DNA of 61,810 bases, filler included, from Globobulimina sp. (GCA_003354225.1; 7 parts of 7 records of this genome joined end to end with filler, not necessarily neighbours in it); one strand, 5' to 3'; positions 44,653 through 56,164 are shown, numbered from the whole stretch's first letter. Program-made: numbers and translations. Notes: a model not told the origin generated them from the letters alone.

Positions 44653-46080
44653 ATGCTTGCATTTTTTGGTTTCCTTTTCTACGTAAACGTCGCTGTCCTT
44701 ATACAAGTTAGTCTATCGATTATCAAAATTGCTCACGCAAATGATATCGAAAAAAGACAGAAAAACACAATATATCAATATGAATCTTTCCCCACAAATC
44801 AATATATTATTATCCTATTAAAATTCCTATTTTCACATTTAAATCCTATACTTTATATTCTAAATGCAGTCATATATAAAAATCCTATTATCTGTTTGTA
44901 TTCCCCTTCAAATATCCATTATAAAACAGTATACAATAATATGTACACAGCCCCGCATTCCCGCACTGCAATGGATCAAAAACATAATAACCAACAATCA
45001 GAACATTCGAGGAATCATAATAATGCAAATGTATATAATATTGAAATTGCATTAAAGCCATCCCGCTTACAACGTGAATCTGTCCCCGTCGAAGCACAGA
45101 AGATTTATCATATTAAAGACAGCTTAGATGTATCCGATCCAAATAAAATCAAAGCTTCATTCGCTGCTGAAATCTGCGCGACCAACGCAGTCCCAACTTG
45201 GACGCATAAAACAAATGAATATGTGATTAGCGCATTTGATATGCATGGCGTGCGTTTCTATGCGCTGGATTGGGAAAAAGATATTGATGATGACGATGAG
45301 AAAAAACAGGAAAACGTTACTATAACTCCTGCGATTCCCCCTTCCCAACCAAATACATTTACGCGCGGCGATAGTATAACTCCACCAATATATAAAAAAC
45401 ACCCCTCTGCCTTAAGCCTGTCCCAATACCCTCAACAGCAACGTAATAAAAACCGATTTACCAAACCCCATAAAAGAAATAAATCCAATAAGAAACCTAC
45501 CAAACCCAAACAAGAGAATAGCCAACAAATCAATAACGGCAATGATGATCGTATTAAAAATATCAAAAGAAGTGGAGCCTTCGTCCAATATGAAATTAAA
45601 GAGAACGGCAAATTTTGGGACCGACGCACTGAAGGTATTGATTTAAAAGAAGCCGCCGAAGACTTAGCGGACTTTAAAGAAACGTGGGTTGCTGAGAATG
45701 AATGCAATATGAGCAACGTTGACGTTTCGCTCAATTCGTTATCAATTTATTCGCCGGTCAGTGCCTTCCAAGACCTAATCCGTGATCCAAACCCCGACTA
45801 CGAACAAGCGATTTTAATTGTGTATCAAAATGCAATTAACGACCATCCCATTCATCGGCTGGTGATCTCCCAATTAATTCCAACTACGGAGATCGATGCG
45901 AAAGAAAGGACCATTTTGAAATTGACCCCGATTGCCGGAAGGCACAGAGTTATTATTGATGGATTTGAACTGGAAAGTCCCGTATCCGCGCTATGGAAGA
46001 AATGCAATCCAGATTGTATACAATGGGAAGAAATTAAATTGGCGCCCAACACAAATGTGCTTATTAAATGTGCCGATTAA
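44653..46080 (+). CDS. LINE ORF1a (unknown domain; the true start may be ATG 44941 or 44971)
   Basis: 475-aa ORF upstream of, and overlapping, the knuckle ORF on the element's sense strand. Confidence 0.55.
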   Translation: MLAFFGFLFYVNVAVLIQVSLSIIKIAHANDIEKRQKNTIYQYESFPTNQYIIILLKFLFSHLNPILYILNAVIYKNPIICLYSPSNIHYKTVYNNMYTAPHSRTAMDQKHNNQQSEHSRNHNNANVYNIEIALKPSRLQRESVPVEAQKIYHIKDSLDVSDPNKIKASFAAEICATNAVPTWTHKTNEYVISAFDMHGVRFYALDWEKDIDDDDEKKQENVTITPAIPPSQPNTFTRGDSITPPIYKKHPSALSLSQYPQQQRNKNRFTKPHKRNKSNKKPTKPKQENSQQINNGNDDRIKNIKRSGAFVQYEIKENGKFWDRRTEGIDLKEAAEDLADFKETWVAENECNMSNVDVSLNSLSIYSPVSAFQDLIRDPNPDYEQAILIVYQNAINDHPIHRLVISQLIPTTEIDAKERTILKLTPIAGRHRVIIDGFELESPVSALWKKCNPDCIQWEEIKLAPNTNVLIKCAD

Positions 46081-48061
46081 TATATTACATAATAACAGTT
46101 TAGGCAGAATGGTGCAGCATAAAATACGAGCCGCTATAAACTCGACCTGCATATTATATACGATAATTAGTGCAATGCGCAATAAATATGATGTGATTCA
46201 AATTAATTATAAACCATTGATGGTCTCATTAATCCAGCCATATGCCATTAAATTAGAGCGGAAAGCAGCCGCTAAACTTGAATTAATAAAAATGCAGAGA
46301 GACAGAGAACACTCGCCAATGGATGAAGATAATGATGATTCAGCAAATGAGAGCGATGCCGGATTGTCGGATACGGACTTATGGTATCAAAATGAATTAA
46401 AAAATATTAACATTAAGTATGCGAATATGATTCAGTTAATGGAGAAGAGAATGGTGCAATTAACAGATATAATAAATTCAAACAAATTACAAACGCGTAG
46501 ATGGTGTCAAGCGGCGCTATTCCAACTGCAAAATGAAACTGGCGGTGATTTGGCAATGCCAACGTGGATAACCTCGATAGGATGGAACCGAATGTTGAAA
46601 TTAATTGTGGCCGACAATACAATCAGAAATATACAAAAGCCGTTTCGATCTGATTTATTATTTGAAGATAAAAATGTATACGTAACGCCCTTCACTGTCT
46701 GCGGCATTAACCCGATGTTATTAGTTGGCGATGCACCGAGAATCCCGTTAATGAAATTTAGATTTGGCACCATCACCAAATATGTATTATTATTCCGAAG
46801 AAATTTCTATTTTGATTTCATTGCGACCGCACGTACGTGTGCATGCGGCAAAAAATTCACGAATCACGACAAATGTCCCGAGCAAGCTAACTATATTAGA
46901 AAGAGAGCGAATGCCATTAAACAAAGATGGAAAGATGGCAAAATCACAGAGAAACAAATGCGGAAAGAAATGTCGAAGATTAAAGGCATTAAATGTATTA
47001 ACTGTGCGATTTGGGGACATTGCATCAATGGATGTAAATGTGATGTGTCGCGGTGCCTTTGTTGCTATAAAACCGGCCATATCCGATCATTAAATCCGGT
47101 GGTTTGCGAGGATGCGGCTAATTTGATCAATCTATTTAGGAATTTGAATGATATTAATTCGAATTGGAATGATGTGGATTTTGCCAATATTGATCATTAT
47201 AAATTAGTCCAATGCACAGTCGATGCGAATTTAGTCCTATCGGACTTGTATAAATCCATAAATTCAAACAACAATCCCATCCCACAAACCATACTCCACT
47301 CAAACAGCCCAAACGATGTAGAATCAAAATCTAATTCATTTCGCGATGCGGCACAGAGGAATACGAACAGAAAGAATAAGAAGAATACCAATCAGAAGAA
47401 GAATAATGCAAATTCGAATTCGGCGCAGTCAGAATTGGATGAATTATTACACACTGATGTGTCGCTGCTAAATCATGGATTAATCGATGCCGACTTTGAT
47501 GAAGACTCTGCGGTGGAAATCGACGAGGAAAAGAATATTGAACTCGCCGCAGACGACAATGATACCATAACCACGCCGCCAAATACCAACCCATTTGCCA
47601 ATGTGAACTATGTACAAAAAATCAAGAATGCCCAGATTCCAAACATTAGGAATTCAGAAATTGCCGACGTTCCCCCACAACCAACCAATGAAGCCACCAC
47701 CAATGACTCCAATGACTCCAATAATAACTACTCCAATAACACCACGTTTACACCAATGACTTTCACGTTTACGGATGGCCCGATCTCCACAGTTAACCAT
47801 AAACGAAATCGTAAACCGCAGCCACCGTCAGAAGTCCATTCAGTTACAACTCCCCCATCGATGCCAAAATACACTCAAAATCGAAGAGGTTCGGCCGAAT
47901 CCTTCCATGTAAATATCATTGACAATAAATTGCAGCAAACCCGGAAAAAGAAACATATCAAAAATAAATTGCCATTTCCTTCAAGACGACATAACAAAGA
48001 CAAAAAACATAAAAAAGTAACTCGCGCGGACCATACGACCAATGATAAACAAGAAACCTAA
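45932..48061 (+). CDS. LINE ORF1b, gag-like Cys/His knuckles
   Basis: CACGKKFTNHDKC, CINCAIWGHCINGC and CLCCYKTGHIRSLNPVVC, followed by a low-complexity tail. Confidence 0.7.
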   Translation: MPEGTELLLMDLNWKVPYPRYGRNAIQIVYNGKKLNWRPTQMCLLNVPINILHNNSLGRMVQHKIRAAINSTCILYTIISAMRNKYDVIQINYKPLMVSLIQPYAIKLERKAAAKLELIKMQRDREHSPMDEDNDDSANESDAGLSDTDLWYQNELKNINIKYANMIQLMEKRMVQLTDIINSNKLQTRRWCQAALFQLQNETGGDLAMPTWITSIGWNRMLKLIVADNTIRNIQKPFRSDLLFEDKNVYVTPFTVCGINPMLLVGDAPRIPLMKFRFGTITKYVLLFRRNFYFDFIATARTCACGKKFTNHDKCPEQANYIRKRANAIKQRWKDGKITEKQMRKEMSKIKGIKCINCAIWGHCINGCKCDVSRCLCCYKTGHIRSLNPVVCEDAANLINLFRNLNDINSNWNDVDFANIDHYKLVQCTVDANLVLSDLYKSINSNNNPIPQTILHSNSPNDVESKSNSFRDAAQRNTNRKNKKNTNQKKNNANSNSAQSELDELLHTDVSLLNHGLIDADFDEDSAVEIDEEKNIELAADDNDTITTPPNTNPFANVNYVQKIKNAQIPNIRNSEIADVPPQPTNEATTNDSNDSNNNYSNNTTFTPMTFTFTDGPISTVNHKRNRKPQPPSEVHSVTTPPSMPKYTQNRRGSAESFHVNIIDNKLQQTRKKKHIKNKLPFPSRRHNKDKKHKKVTRADHTTNDKQET

Positions 48062-48515
48062 TTACCACGCTATCGTCAATAATAAAATAATAATTATACT
48101 AAATCCTTACGATTTAATATGTAAATATATCACCAACCCACGCCATTTATTCGCCACCTTTTATTCTAAAACTGATCACAAAGCCAGAGACCATCTTATA
48201 TTTACAGCTTTGCGATATGATTCTTCTTCTCATTGCATCCTGTGTTACAATATAAAATACTCTACTTTCAATCGTTTAATTTTCTTTTTAATCCTAATTC
48301 AATTCAATTCAATATCCAACTCCTTGCTCTTTCGGTGGTGTCCATTCATTTGTGAAAAAAACACAGCTTATTCAAAAACTTACACTTACTACACTGAAAC
48401 GCCCAGATAAGACGTGGCCAAAAAAGTGGCACTGTACACGCGCTCTATACCTACACTCGAACACAACTAACAAATATAATCACCAAAAAAACGCTATACA
48501 ATATACCCCGTCTGA

Positions 48516-51500
48516 ATGGTGACATATAATATATTACAATATAATATCGGCGGTTTGATAAGTCCGTCGAGAATGTCCCAAGAAGATAAATGTAAGCGAA
48601 TCAATCAAATTTTACTCTCTAAACAAATCGATTTCCTATTGCTCCAAGAATGGAGCGCTACACTCCGATATCAAATCACACCAACGCAGAATTACTACAT
48701 TGATACAAATAACACCAGACACACTTTAAAATTCCCAATCCAATACTTTCCAAACTATAAAGTACATCACGTGGGCACCGAAACTGCAGTGCTATATAGA
48801 AACACTCTCAATGTCACTCCGCTTGATTCCCCATTGCATTATAACCAAACGGCCCGCACCAAAAATTGCCATATCACCAGCGTAATATTACATAGTGGGG
48901 AACAGGACATTGGTGTTCATTCACTATACAACTGCCCGCGCAATCCCAATATAGACCAGTTATTTAATTACCCACTGCCTGTCGATAGCAATATAATTGC
49001 TGGGGACTTTAATATACCCAATGTCGTATGGGGCAGTTCCAGATCGACCACAGAATCAATGAATTTCATTGACGGCATCAATTTCCTTGAAATGCAAATA
49101 TTAAATATAAATAATCCTTCTTATACACATATCCATAAATCCTATGGTACAAAATCATCTATAGACTTAACCATATTATCCAATAATCTAAAACATTCCA
49201 AATGGAATATCCTTCATTCTCTGTATAATAAAAATTGTTCTGATCATATTCCCATAATCACCTCCTTTGAAGTTGAGCAGTCCTTTGGTTTCGAAGAGAC
49301 TAAAAAAACCTGGAACTTGTCAAATCCGCATAAATGGGCAAAATACTCCGATCTCCTTGAAACAAACCTAAATGACACAATATTCGATCCGGATCCAAAC
49401 CTATACACAGAACAACTCACCTATTTGATACTGTACACAGCTGAACAGACTATAGGCTACAAAACTTACTACAGAGGCCACAAGCCGTGGTGGAATAACA
49501 AAATTAAAAAACTAAAACGAAAATGCAAAAGAATCCGACGCAGACTACAACGCATGAAACGTAATGCAAAACGACTCCATGCGGACTTCCATAACTTCCC
49601 GAGATATAAATTTGAGAGAAAAAAGCTCAACAAATTCCAATCCAAGAAATTGACAGCAATCAAAACTGCTAAAAATAACCATAATAAAAAAATAAACCGC
49701 TATATACAATCCTGTAAAGATTATGGCCGCAGATTCTGGCGTACCATATCTAACAATAAATCGAATCAAACTGACACCAATAACATCCCACCACTAAACT
49801 ATAAAAACCAAACAAATATAACCAATCCGAAACAACAGGCAAAGGCACTGCACGAAGCAATGACTAGACCCCCTAAGCCTCCCTCCAGCCCACAACATAT
49901 AGAATGGCATAATTATATAAATACATTTGTACCAAATTACCTCCGTAAGAATAGAAACAACCATATAGATATAGATAAATCCAATGATCAGCATAGCACC
50001 ATGAATGACAAAATCATACAAAATGCGAGCACCAAATCCAAAACACCATCACAAGTTAATAACCATATCAATCTACAAAGTGATCAGTACCAAATCCTTA
50101 ATAATCCAATCCTTCGATATGAAATAAAAAAAGTGATAACCAAACTAGATACCCATAAAGCTTACGGTCCAGATAGAATCCATAACCAAATGATAAAAAA
50201 TGGTGGTGAGAAATTGATTGATTATCTCATCCCTTTGTTCAATTCGTGTATGACTAAAGGTGTCTTTCCAGGATACTGGAACTTTGCACATATACTGCCA
50301 ATCCCTAAGCCGAAGAAGGATCACAGCAATCCAAAGAACTACCGGCCCATTGCAATATCTTCTTGCCTCGGTAGAGTTTTTGAAAAAGTCCTAGCAAATC
50401 GACTGCAACACTTTTGTATAAAAAATAAAATATTCAATAATTACCAGTGCGGATTCCAGATAAATAGATGCTGTGATGATGTACTATCCTCATTCATCTC
50501 CGATATACAAACCTCCCTTGATATGGTCAGTGAGACAGATGTTGTCTTCACGGACTTCTCCAAAGCATATGACAGCGTTTGGCACAATGGATTGCTGTAT
50601 AAACTCATTAAAAATAATATCAATGGTGCTATCCTAAATGTCCTCGCATCCTTTATCCAGACAAGATACACCAAAGTGATAGCCAAAAAAGCCGAATCCA
50701 ACTGGGTTGCTCAACCAATTGGAGTGCCCCAGGGATCGGCATTATCACCAATCCTATACATACTGTTCACAAATGATTATATAGTAAAACATCCAAACTT
50801 TGTCAGATTGGCATGCTTTGCCGATGACACTGCCTTTTGGACCTCCCCTGGGTCGAAGGATCCAATCCGATACCGATTCCTCCAAAAAGAACTAAATAGC
50901 TTCAATGAGTGGTGCAATAAATGGCAGCTTATGCTAAACCCTTCGAAATGTTCCTCCATGACCCTCTCCCACAGCAATCCATTAAAGTTCCATCCAAAGT
51001 CGGTATCCATAATAAACCCCCAAACAAATAAAACTGAAACAATAAGCAAATACACTATAAACTCCCTGCCAATAAAATATGAGCCAGTGATAAGATATCT
51101 TGGGCTGTGGTTCGATGAGAGACTCAATTTCAAAGCCCACATCGAACGAATTAAGGCCAAATCATTAAATTGTTACTGGCGTTTGTTTTTTACTATGAAA
51201 TCTGGCATAAATCTATCACCATTATCCATTTCAATACTATACAAATCTTTGGCCAGATCCCGATTGGAATATGGCATATCGCACTATCACCCCTATGATA
51301 CGTCCAATTCTCTCAAAATCATTCAAAACAAATTCCTCCGCTTAGCTGTTCCATGCCGGCTTGACTCACCTATGGATGTACTCCAATACATCCTTAAAAT
51401 AGAACCGATTGAATATAGGGCCAAATATCTAACAATCAGACAGCTGGCCCGCGCATACTATAATAATGCATATCACCCGCTCCATAAATCATTCGTAGCA

Positions 51501-52862
51501 CTTTCAAAACAAATCCAAATAATTAAATCCCATAAATACAGAAGAAACCATAATAAAAATCCAAGAATAAATCAATCAAAACATTCAAACAAATTTGCCA
51601 ATCTTAAACGAAATTCATTGCTAATTGCGTATAATCACTGTAAATTGGACAAAACCATTAAAGCCCTTAACCTGGACATTGGACAGATGAACAAAACCCA
51701 GATTACCTCCTCGCCGACATACAATATCCAGCTGATACCTACAAACTATTCAGTAAGAGAATCCACAGAGGATCCCTCCACACCAACCGACCCCTCAATC
51801 ACCATTGCCTTCACAGATGGATCCTGCGAACCTAACCCAGGGAAAGGTGGCGCAGCGATCTATATACCACCACAACCATCACACCCCACACCATTTAAAG
51901 AAGCATACTATTTCAAAATGCCAGTCACTATTACTACTGCAGAAATAGAGGCAGTCCATATGATACTTAATTATATAATAAATAATCCGTATAACCATAA
52001 CATAAAATACCGGATTTATATTGATAATCTCCCGGTATTGCAATTTATTAACGGCTCAATCTTCCCCAAATACCAAGATACAAAGATATCAATCGAAAAT
52101 ATATATATTAAATTAACCCAGATACAGCAAATTAAACCGAACATACACATAACATTTATTAAAATAAAATCCCACAGCAACAACATCCACAACGACGCTG
52201 TTGACTCGCTCGCCAAATTTGCAGCTCAACATACAAAATATGACCCAGCGCTTTATAATGAGATCACATATAATACCACGGCCACGCAGCTTCATAACCA
52301 GATCAATTATAATTGGCAGGAATCATGGCGTAATAGGGACACCCAACCAAATCAAGATAGCTATGGAATGTACGTAAATAACCCATCATTAAACAATAAA
52401 ATGAATAAAATAATTAAATATATGAACCGAGATGAAGCTGCATTAATTAATCGATTAATATCTGGACACATCGAGCTAAATTCGTTTCTATTTAAACACC
52501 ATTTCAAAGATTCGGATAAATCAATAATTGACTCGCCTCATTGCGCCAATTGTAATTCCCAAGATAATGAATCCATTAACCATTACCTATTAAAATGCCC
52601 TAAATATATTCATCAAAGACATCGAATGACTGCCTCGCTTTGCAAAATATGGAATGGATTTCGTAACAACGATGAGATACATATAGAAAACCTATTCTAT
52701 CCCTACGCCATCCGACATCCTCCAGACCTTACAGAGTCACTAGATATAACTACTCAAGTAGCAATCTGGAAAACTGTTCTCCAATACATAAAAGAAACAA
52801 AAAGATTTAATTACCTATATCAAGTAAACCTAATGAATTTATCTCCGATCATTTCGGATTAA
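48516..52862 (+). CDS. LINE ORF2: APE endonuclease, reverse transcriptase, RNase H and CCHC finger
   Basis: QYNIGG, LQE, AGDFN, IDLT, SDH (APE). NYRPIA, QCGF, DFSKAYDSV, GVPQGSALSP, FADD, RYLG (RT). FTDGS, AEIEA, IDN, KSH, NDAVDSLAK (RNase H). CANC..ESINHYLLKC. Confidence 0.96.
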   Translation: MVTYNILQYNIGGLISPSRMSQEDKCKRINQILLSKQIDFLLLQEWSATLRYQITPTQNYYIDTNNTRHTLKFPIQYFPNYKVHHVGTETAVLYRNTLNVTPLDSPLHYNQTARTKNCHITSVILHSGEQDIGVHSLYNCPRNPNIDQLFNYPLPVDSNIIAGDFNIPNVVWGSSRSTTESMNFIDGINFLEMQILNINNPSYTHIHKSYGTKSSIDLTILSNNLKHSKWNILHSLYNKNCSDHIPIITSFEVEQSFGFEETKKTWNLSNPHKWAKYSDLLETNLNDTIFDPDPNLYTEQLTYLILYTAEQTIGYKTYYRGHKPWWNNKIKKLKRKCKRIRRRLQRMKRNAKRLHADFHNFPRYKFERKKLNKFQSKKLTAIKTAKNNHNKKINRYIQSCKDYGRRFWRTISNNKSNQTDTNNIPPLNYKNQTNITNPKQQAKALHEAMTRPPKPPSSPQHIEWHNYINTFVPNYLRKNRNNHIDIDKSNDQHSTMNDKIIQNASTKSKTPSQVNNHINLQSDQYQILNNPILRYEIKKVITKLDTHKAYGPDRIHNQMIKNGGEKLIDYLIPLFNSCMTKGVFPGYWNFAHILPIPKPKKDHSNPKNYRPIAISSCLGRVFEKVLANRLQHFCIKNKIFNNYQCGFQINRCCDDVLSSFISDIQTSLDMVSETDVVFTDFSKAYDSVWHNGLLYKLIKNNINGAILNVLASFIQTRYTKVIAKKAESNWVAQPIGVPQGSALSPILYILFTNDYIVKHPNFVRLACFADDTAFWTSPGSKDPIRYRFLQKELNSFNEWCNKWQLMLNPSKCSSMTLSHSNPLKFHPKSVSIINPQTNKTETISKYTINSLPIKYEPVIRYLGLWFDERLNFKAHIERIKAKSLNCYWRLFFTMKSGINLSPLSISILYKSLARSRLEYGISHYHPYDTSNSLKIIQNKFLRLAVPCRLDSPMDVLQYILKIEPIEYRAKYLTIRQLARAYYNNAYHPLHKSFVALSKQIQIIKSHKYRRNHNKNPRINQSKHSNKFANLKRNSLLIAYNHCKLDKTIKALNLDIGQMNKTQITSSPTYNIQLIPTNYSVRESTEDPSTPTDPSITIAFTDGSCEPNPGKGGAAIYIPPQPSHPTPFKEAYYFKMPVTITTAEIEAVHMILNYIINNPYNHNIKYRIYIDNLPVLQFINGSIFPKYQDTKISIENIYIKLTQIQQIKPNIHITFIKIKSHSNNIHNDAVDSLAKFAAQHTKYDPALYNEITYNTTATQLHNQINYNWQESWRNRDTQPNQDSYGMYVNNPSLNNKMNKIIKYMNRDEAALINRLISGHIELNSFLFKHHFKDSDKSIIDSPHCANCNSQDNESINHYLLKCPKYIHQRHRMTASLCKIWNGFRNNDEIHIENLFYPYAIRHPPDLTESLDITTQVAIWKTVLQYIKETKRFNYLYQVNLMNLSPIISD

Positions 52863-53015
52863 GGGAACTATATACTTTTGTATTAGTTTCAAATATTTTT
52901 TATTTACCTTTGTTCATTGGTTTCGCCCCCAAATAAAAGGGCCTGTATCCTTGTTTGTTTATACTATTTATTAGTGTTTCTTGCTTGTGTATTAGGTGAA
53001 ATCTTTAATTGATTT

Positions 53016-53115
53016 NNNNNNNNNNNNNNNNNNNNNNNNNNNNNNNNNNNNNNNNNNNNTTAATTAATTAANNNNNNNNNNNNNNNNNNNNNNNNNNNNN
53101 NNNNNNNNNNNNNNN
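53016..53115. other. Artificial contig spacer
   Basis: N44-TTAATTAATTAA-N44. Confidence 0.98.
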
Positions 53116-54006
53116 TTTAAGCACATCAATGTGTCCTTGCTCAATTCTGCCGGTTATGACATCACCAACACCGCGGATTTTATACATACATTCGATTGGC
53201 ATCAAAAATGGCATCTGTTTATTGTCTTTATCTTTAATTAAATGACTTCTTTTTGGGTTTGTTACAACTTTATCCAAAGCATCAAATAGCGTATATCCAT
53301 GAATTTGTTTTTTTTTAATGGTGACAGTAAATCCATTCCACCATGACATGTTTGCAGATTTTCTGGTCAAATTATCATTGAAATATCCAGAGATTGGAAT
53401 AAAAGCAATTCTTTTAGTTTTTTTAAACCCCAATTTTGATAATAACGCAATTGTTCTGGTTTTTATAGCAAGGAATCTATCTTTATTATATCCAATAAGA
53501 TCCATTTTGTTGATACAAACAATTATTTGTTTGATGCCCATTAACCAACATAACCGGGAGTGGTGTCTGGTTGCTCCCAATCTTATTCTTCTTCGGTCTC
53601 TGATTATTGAGTGTTCAAACTTGTCGCCATCGGCGGATATCACTAATATAGCAACATCGGCCTTTGATATGCCATATATTGTGTTTTTGATAAAGTCTTT
53701 GTGTCCGGGAGCATCAATCAAATTGTAATTGTATTTATTTGTTTCAAATTTGCGTGAACAACATATGATTGTAATGCCACGGGCTCTCTCATGCCGAGAT
53801 TTATCAAAATAAAATGCCCACATAAATGATGCTTTACCTAATTCGGTTGCTTCACGCCGTAATCTTTCCAAATCACGACGTGGTAATAATCCTAATTCAT
53901 GTAATAACCTGGCACACATTGTAGACTTACCACAATTTATTTGACCGGTTACTACAACTCCTAAATTTATTTTTTCTTCTCCTTCAACTTGATTTTGAAC
54001 AGCCAT
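53116..54006 (-). CDS. EFL: Divergent elongation factor-like (EFL, EF-1alpha family) GTPase, 3'-truncated
   Basis: GQINCGKST, RLLHELG, FMWAFYFD, ERARGITI, DAPGHKDFIKN, EFL-type insertion before TRHHSRL, NKMD, PISG, IRGVGDVITGRIEQG. Confidence 0.78.
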
Positions 54007-54217
54007 TTGATTGTTTGATTTTAACGTTTTCAATATATATATACTCAAGAAAACACTAGTTTGAATTACAATGCATCAAAATCAAGCTATCAAGAAAGAA
54101 ATAGCAAAAAGAAATTCCAGGGCAAAAAATAGGTTCCCAACATCTCGATGTTTAGCTGTATGTTATGTGTTTTATCATTAAACATAATATATCGGAAATA
54201 CAGACCTTTCGAAAACT

Positions 54218-56164
54218 ATGCCAATTAAAACAAACCGTACATCCACTGCACGTTCGTCAAATAGAATTCGCGATCCATTGATACAAATTAGAATCAAACA
54301 TGGATCGTTGACCATATCTTCAGCTCAAAACGAAATAAAAATAAAAATATGCAATGCAATGAGCCAATTAAATGACATTGATTCACGAGGTGTTGGATTG
54401 TCTGTATTGCAGTCAATTGTTAATACTATACCTGAAAAATTAATACTTCTAATCATAGAACCATTTTTCTGCATAAATAATGATTTAAAAGCATTGTGCA
54501 GAAAAGAACTTGCATTGTTAATTGGATATATTGGTTCAAAACGAGGTAACACACCATTATTCTACAAATATTTAGCTAGACTTCTTAATAATTTATGCAA
54601 ACGAGCACAAGATTGTGACTCACGCGTAAGAGAGGCGTGCGGCGATTCATTTGGTAGAATTAGTAAACAATGCATAAGATATACTGATAACCAATCAAAT
54701 ACTAATAAATGTAATGAAGTAATTCACAAAATCATGAAACCAATAATTAAACACATCGAGAAATGCATTTCTCCACATTCGGTGACTGGGAATTTTCTTT
54801 GTTTATCCCATGTTATTTTATCAGCAGATAATTATTTAAATCTACAACATATAATTGTTATTTGTAAATGTATCATTTCAAATATTATAAATATACGTGA
54901 CACAAAAACGCATTGTGCTTTATTGATTTGTATAGAAAAATTAATGATTGTTGCTGCGCCATTAATATCGTCGACGACCAATAAGAATAACAATAATAAT
55001 ACAGATTATTTTAGTGCTTTGTTAGCGATTATTATTGATGGTTTGTCAAATAATGATTGGAATATTCGTAATTATTCATTAAAAGCAATCTACGCCGTTG
55101 GTGTTATATTTGTAAATATTAAAAATAAGCCAGAAATTAATAAAAATAAAATTGAAATAGTTGCTCATTTACAGCGATTGAAATATGACAAAATATCGAA
55201 TGTTCGAAATGCAGCTATCATGACATTGTCGGTGTGGAATGATATTGCGAATCTCAATGAAAATGATGAGCAAAATCAAGAAAGCATTGAATTACATAAC
55301 AACACGCAGAACAATGACGATATCGATGATGAGGACATTGAATTGGATTTGCGAACTAAGGAAATTACAGAACAACCATGGTTTGATAAAAAAGATGATG
55401 AAGCAAATACAAATAATGTAGGTAAGAATGCAGATAGTAATGATCCAGAGGTACCGGTCAAGGATATTGTGGAAGATAACAGCAATGCTTTATTGTTGCA
55501 ACAACAGCAATTAATGCTAAAAACAATAAAAAATTTAGAATCCTATATTCATCGCGAAGTTGGAAATATAAAATCAAGAATTCATTCCGTTGAGAGAGAT
55601 ATGCAAAGATTTAAAGTTTTGTATCAAAATAATGAATGGATGAATGATAATAAAAAAGTAAATCGACAATTGCAAATTAAGGATGATGATAAAACAATAA
55701 CTTATGATGACGCTGACATCGATGATGAAAGTACTGAGATTAAAGAAAATGAGGAAAATGTAGAAAATACAAATAATACAACATTAAATGTATCTGAAAC
55801 TATATCAATTTATTCCGATGAAACGAGGATAATTGACTTAAATGAACAGTTATTGAATACCATTCAAATGGATAATAATACAGAATTGATACGATGGTTG
55901 GTACAAAATAACAATTATCATTTATTCCAACTTATTGATGAAAGATTAATGATATCATTAATATACAGAATCACTCAATTACTCAAAAATAAAACCTATA
56001 TAAATGATATTTGTGATTTTCTGAAAAAAGAATTTGTTACCGGTGCGCATACAATACCGAAATCATTTTCATTACCAAACCAATTGAAAATTGAATTTTT
56101 AAATACTATAAAGGAACATGAAAACGTGGAACAATTTATATCCAAAATCTCAGAGCTTGTTTAA
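54218..56164 (+). CDS. HEAT-repeat microtubule-associated protein, TORTIFOLIA1/SPIRAL2-like
   Basis: RKELALLIG, DCDSRVREAC, LSNNDWNIRNYS, LKYDKISNVRNAA..W, followed by a coiled coil (IKSRIHSVERDM). Confidence 0.7.
   Translation: MPIKTNRTSTARSSNRIRDPLIQIRIKHGSLTISSAQNEIKIKICNAMSQLNDIDSRGVGLSVLQSIVNTIPEKLILLIIEPFFCINNDLKALCRKELALLIGYIGSKRGNTPLFYKYLARLLNNLCKRAQDCDSRVREACGDSFGRISKQCIRYTDNQSNTNKCNEVIHKIMKPIIKHIEKCISPHSVTGNFLCLSHVILSADNYLNLQHIIVICKCIISNIINIRDTKTHCALLICIEKLMIVAAPLISSTTNKNNNNNTDYFSALLAIIIDGLSNNDWNIRNYSLKAIYAVGVIFVNIKNKPEINKNKIEIVAHLQRLKYDKISNVRNAAIMTLSVWNDIANLNENDEQNQESIELHNNTQNNDDIDDEDIELDLRTKEITEQPWFDKKDDEANTNNVGKNADSNDPEVPVKDIVEDNSNALLLQQQQLMLKTIKNLESYIHREVGNIKSRIHSVERDMQRFKVLYQNNEWMNDNKKVNRQLQIKDDDKTITYDDADIDDESTEIKENEENVENTNNTTLNVSETISIYSDETRIIDLNEQLLNTIQMDNNTELIRWLVQNNNYHLFQLIDERLMISLIYRITQLLKNKTYINDICDFLKKEFVTGAHTIPKSFSLPNQLKIEFLNTIKEHENVEQFISKISELV

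Larger units (their letters stand above)
44540..53015 (+). mobile_element. Non-LTR retrotransposon with RNase H (I-group-like)
   Basis: Zinc-knuckle ORF1 region, a ~450-nt spacer, and an APE-RT-RNH-CCHC ORF2. Boundaries are approximate. Confidence 0.88.

Noticed and set aside
26575-53015. RT ORFs as retron, DGR, group II intron or LTR elements
   Set aside because: Both RTs are fused to an APE endonuclease with a C-terminal CCHC finger, and no integrase, protease or LTRs are visible. They are non-LTR retrotransposons.
8761-53115. Six identical N44-TTAATTAATTAA-N44 blocks about 8.85 kb apart as a biological repeat
   Set aside because: These are artificial concatenation linkers. Contig lengths decrease monotonically (8758, 8756, 8755, 8754, 8732), so genes on different contigs are not neighbours and cross-contig 'systems' are unsupported.
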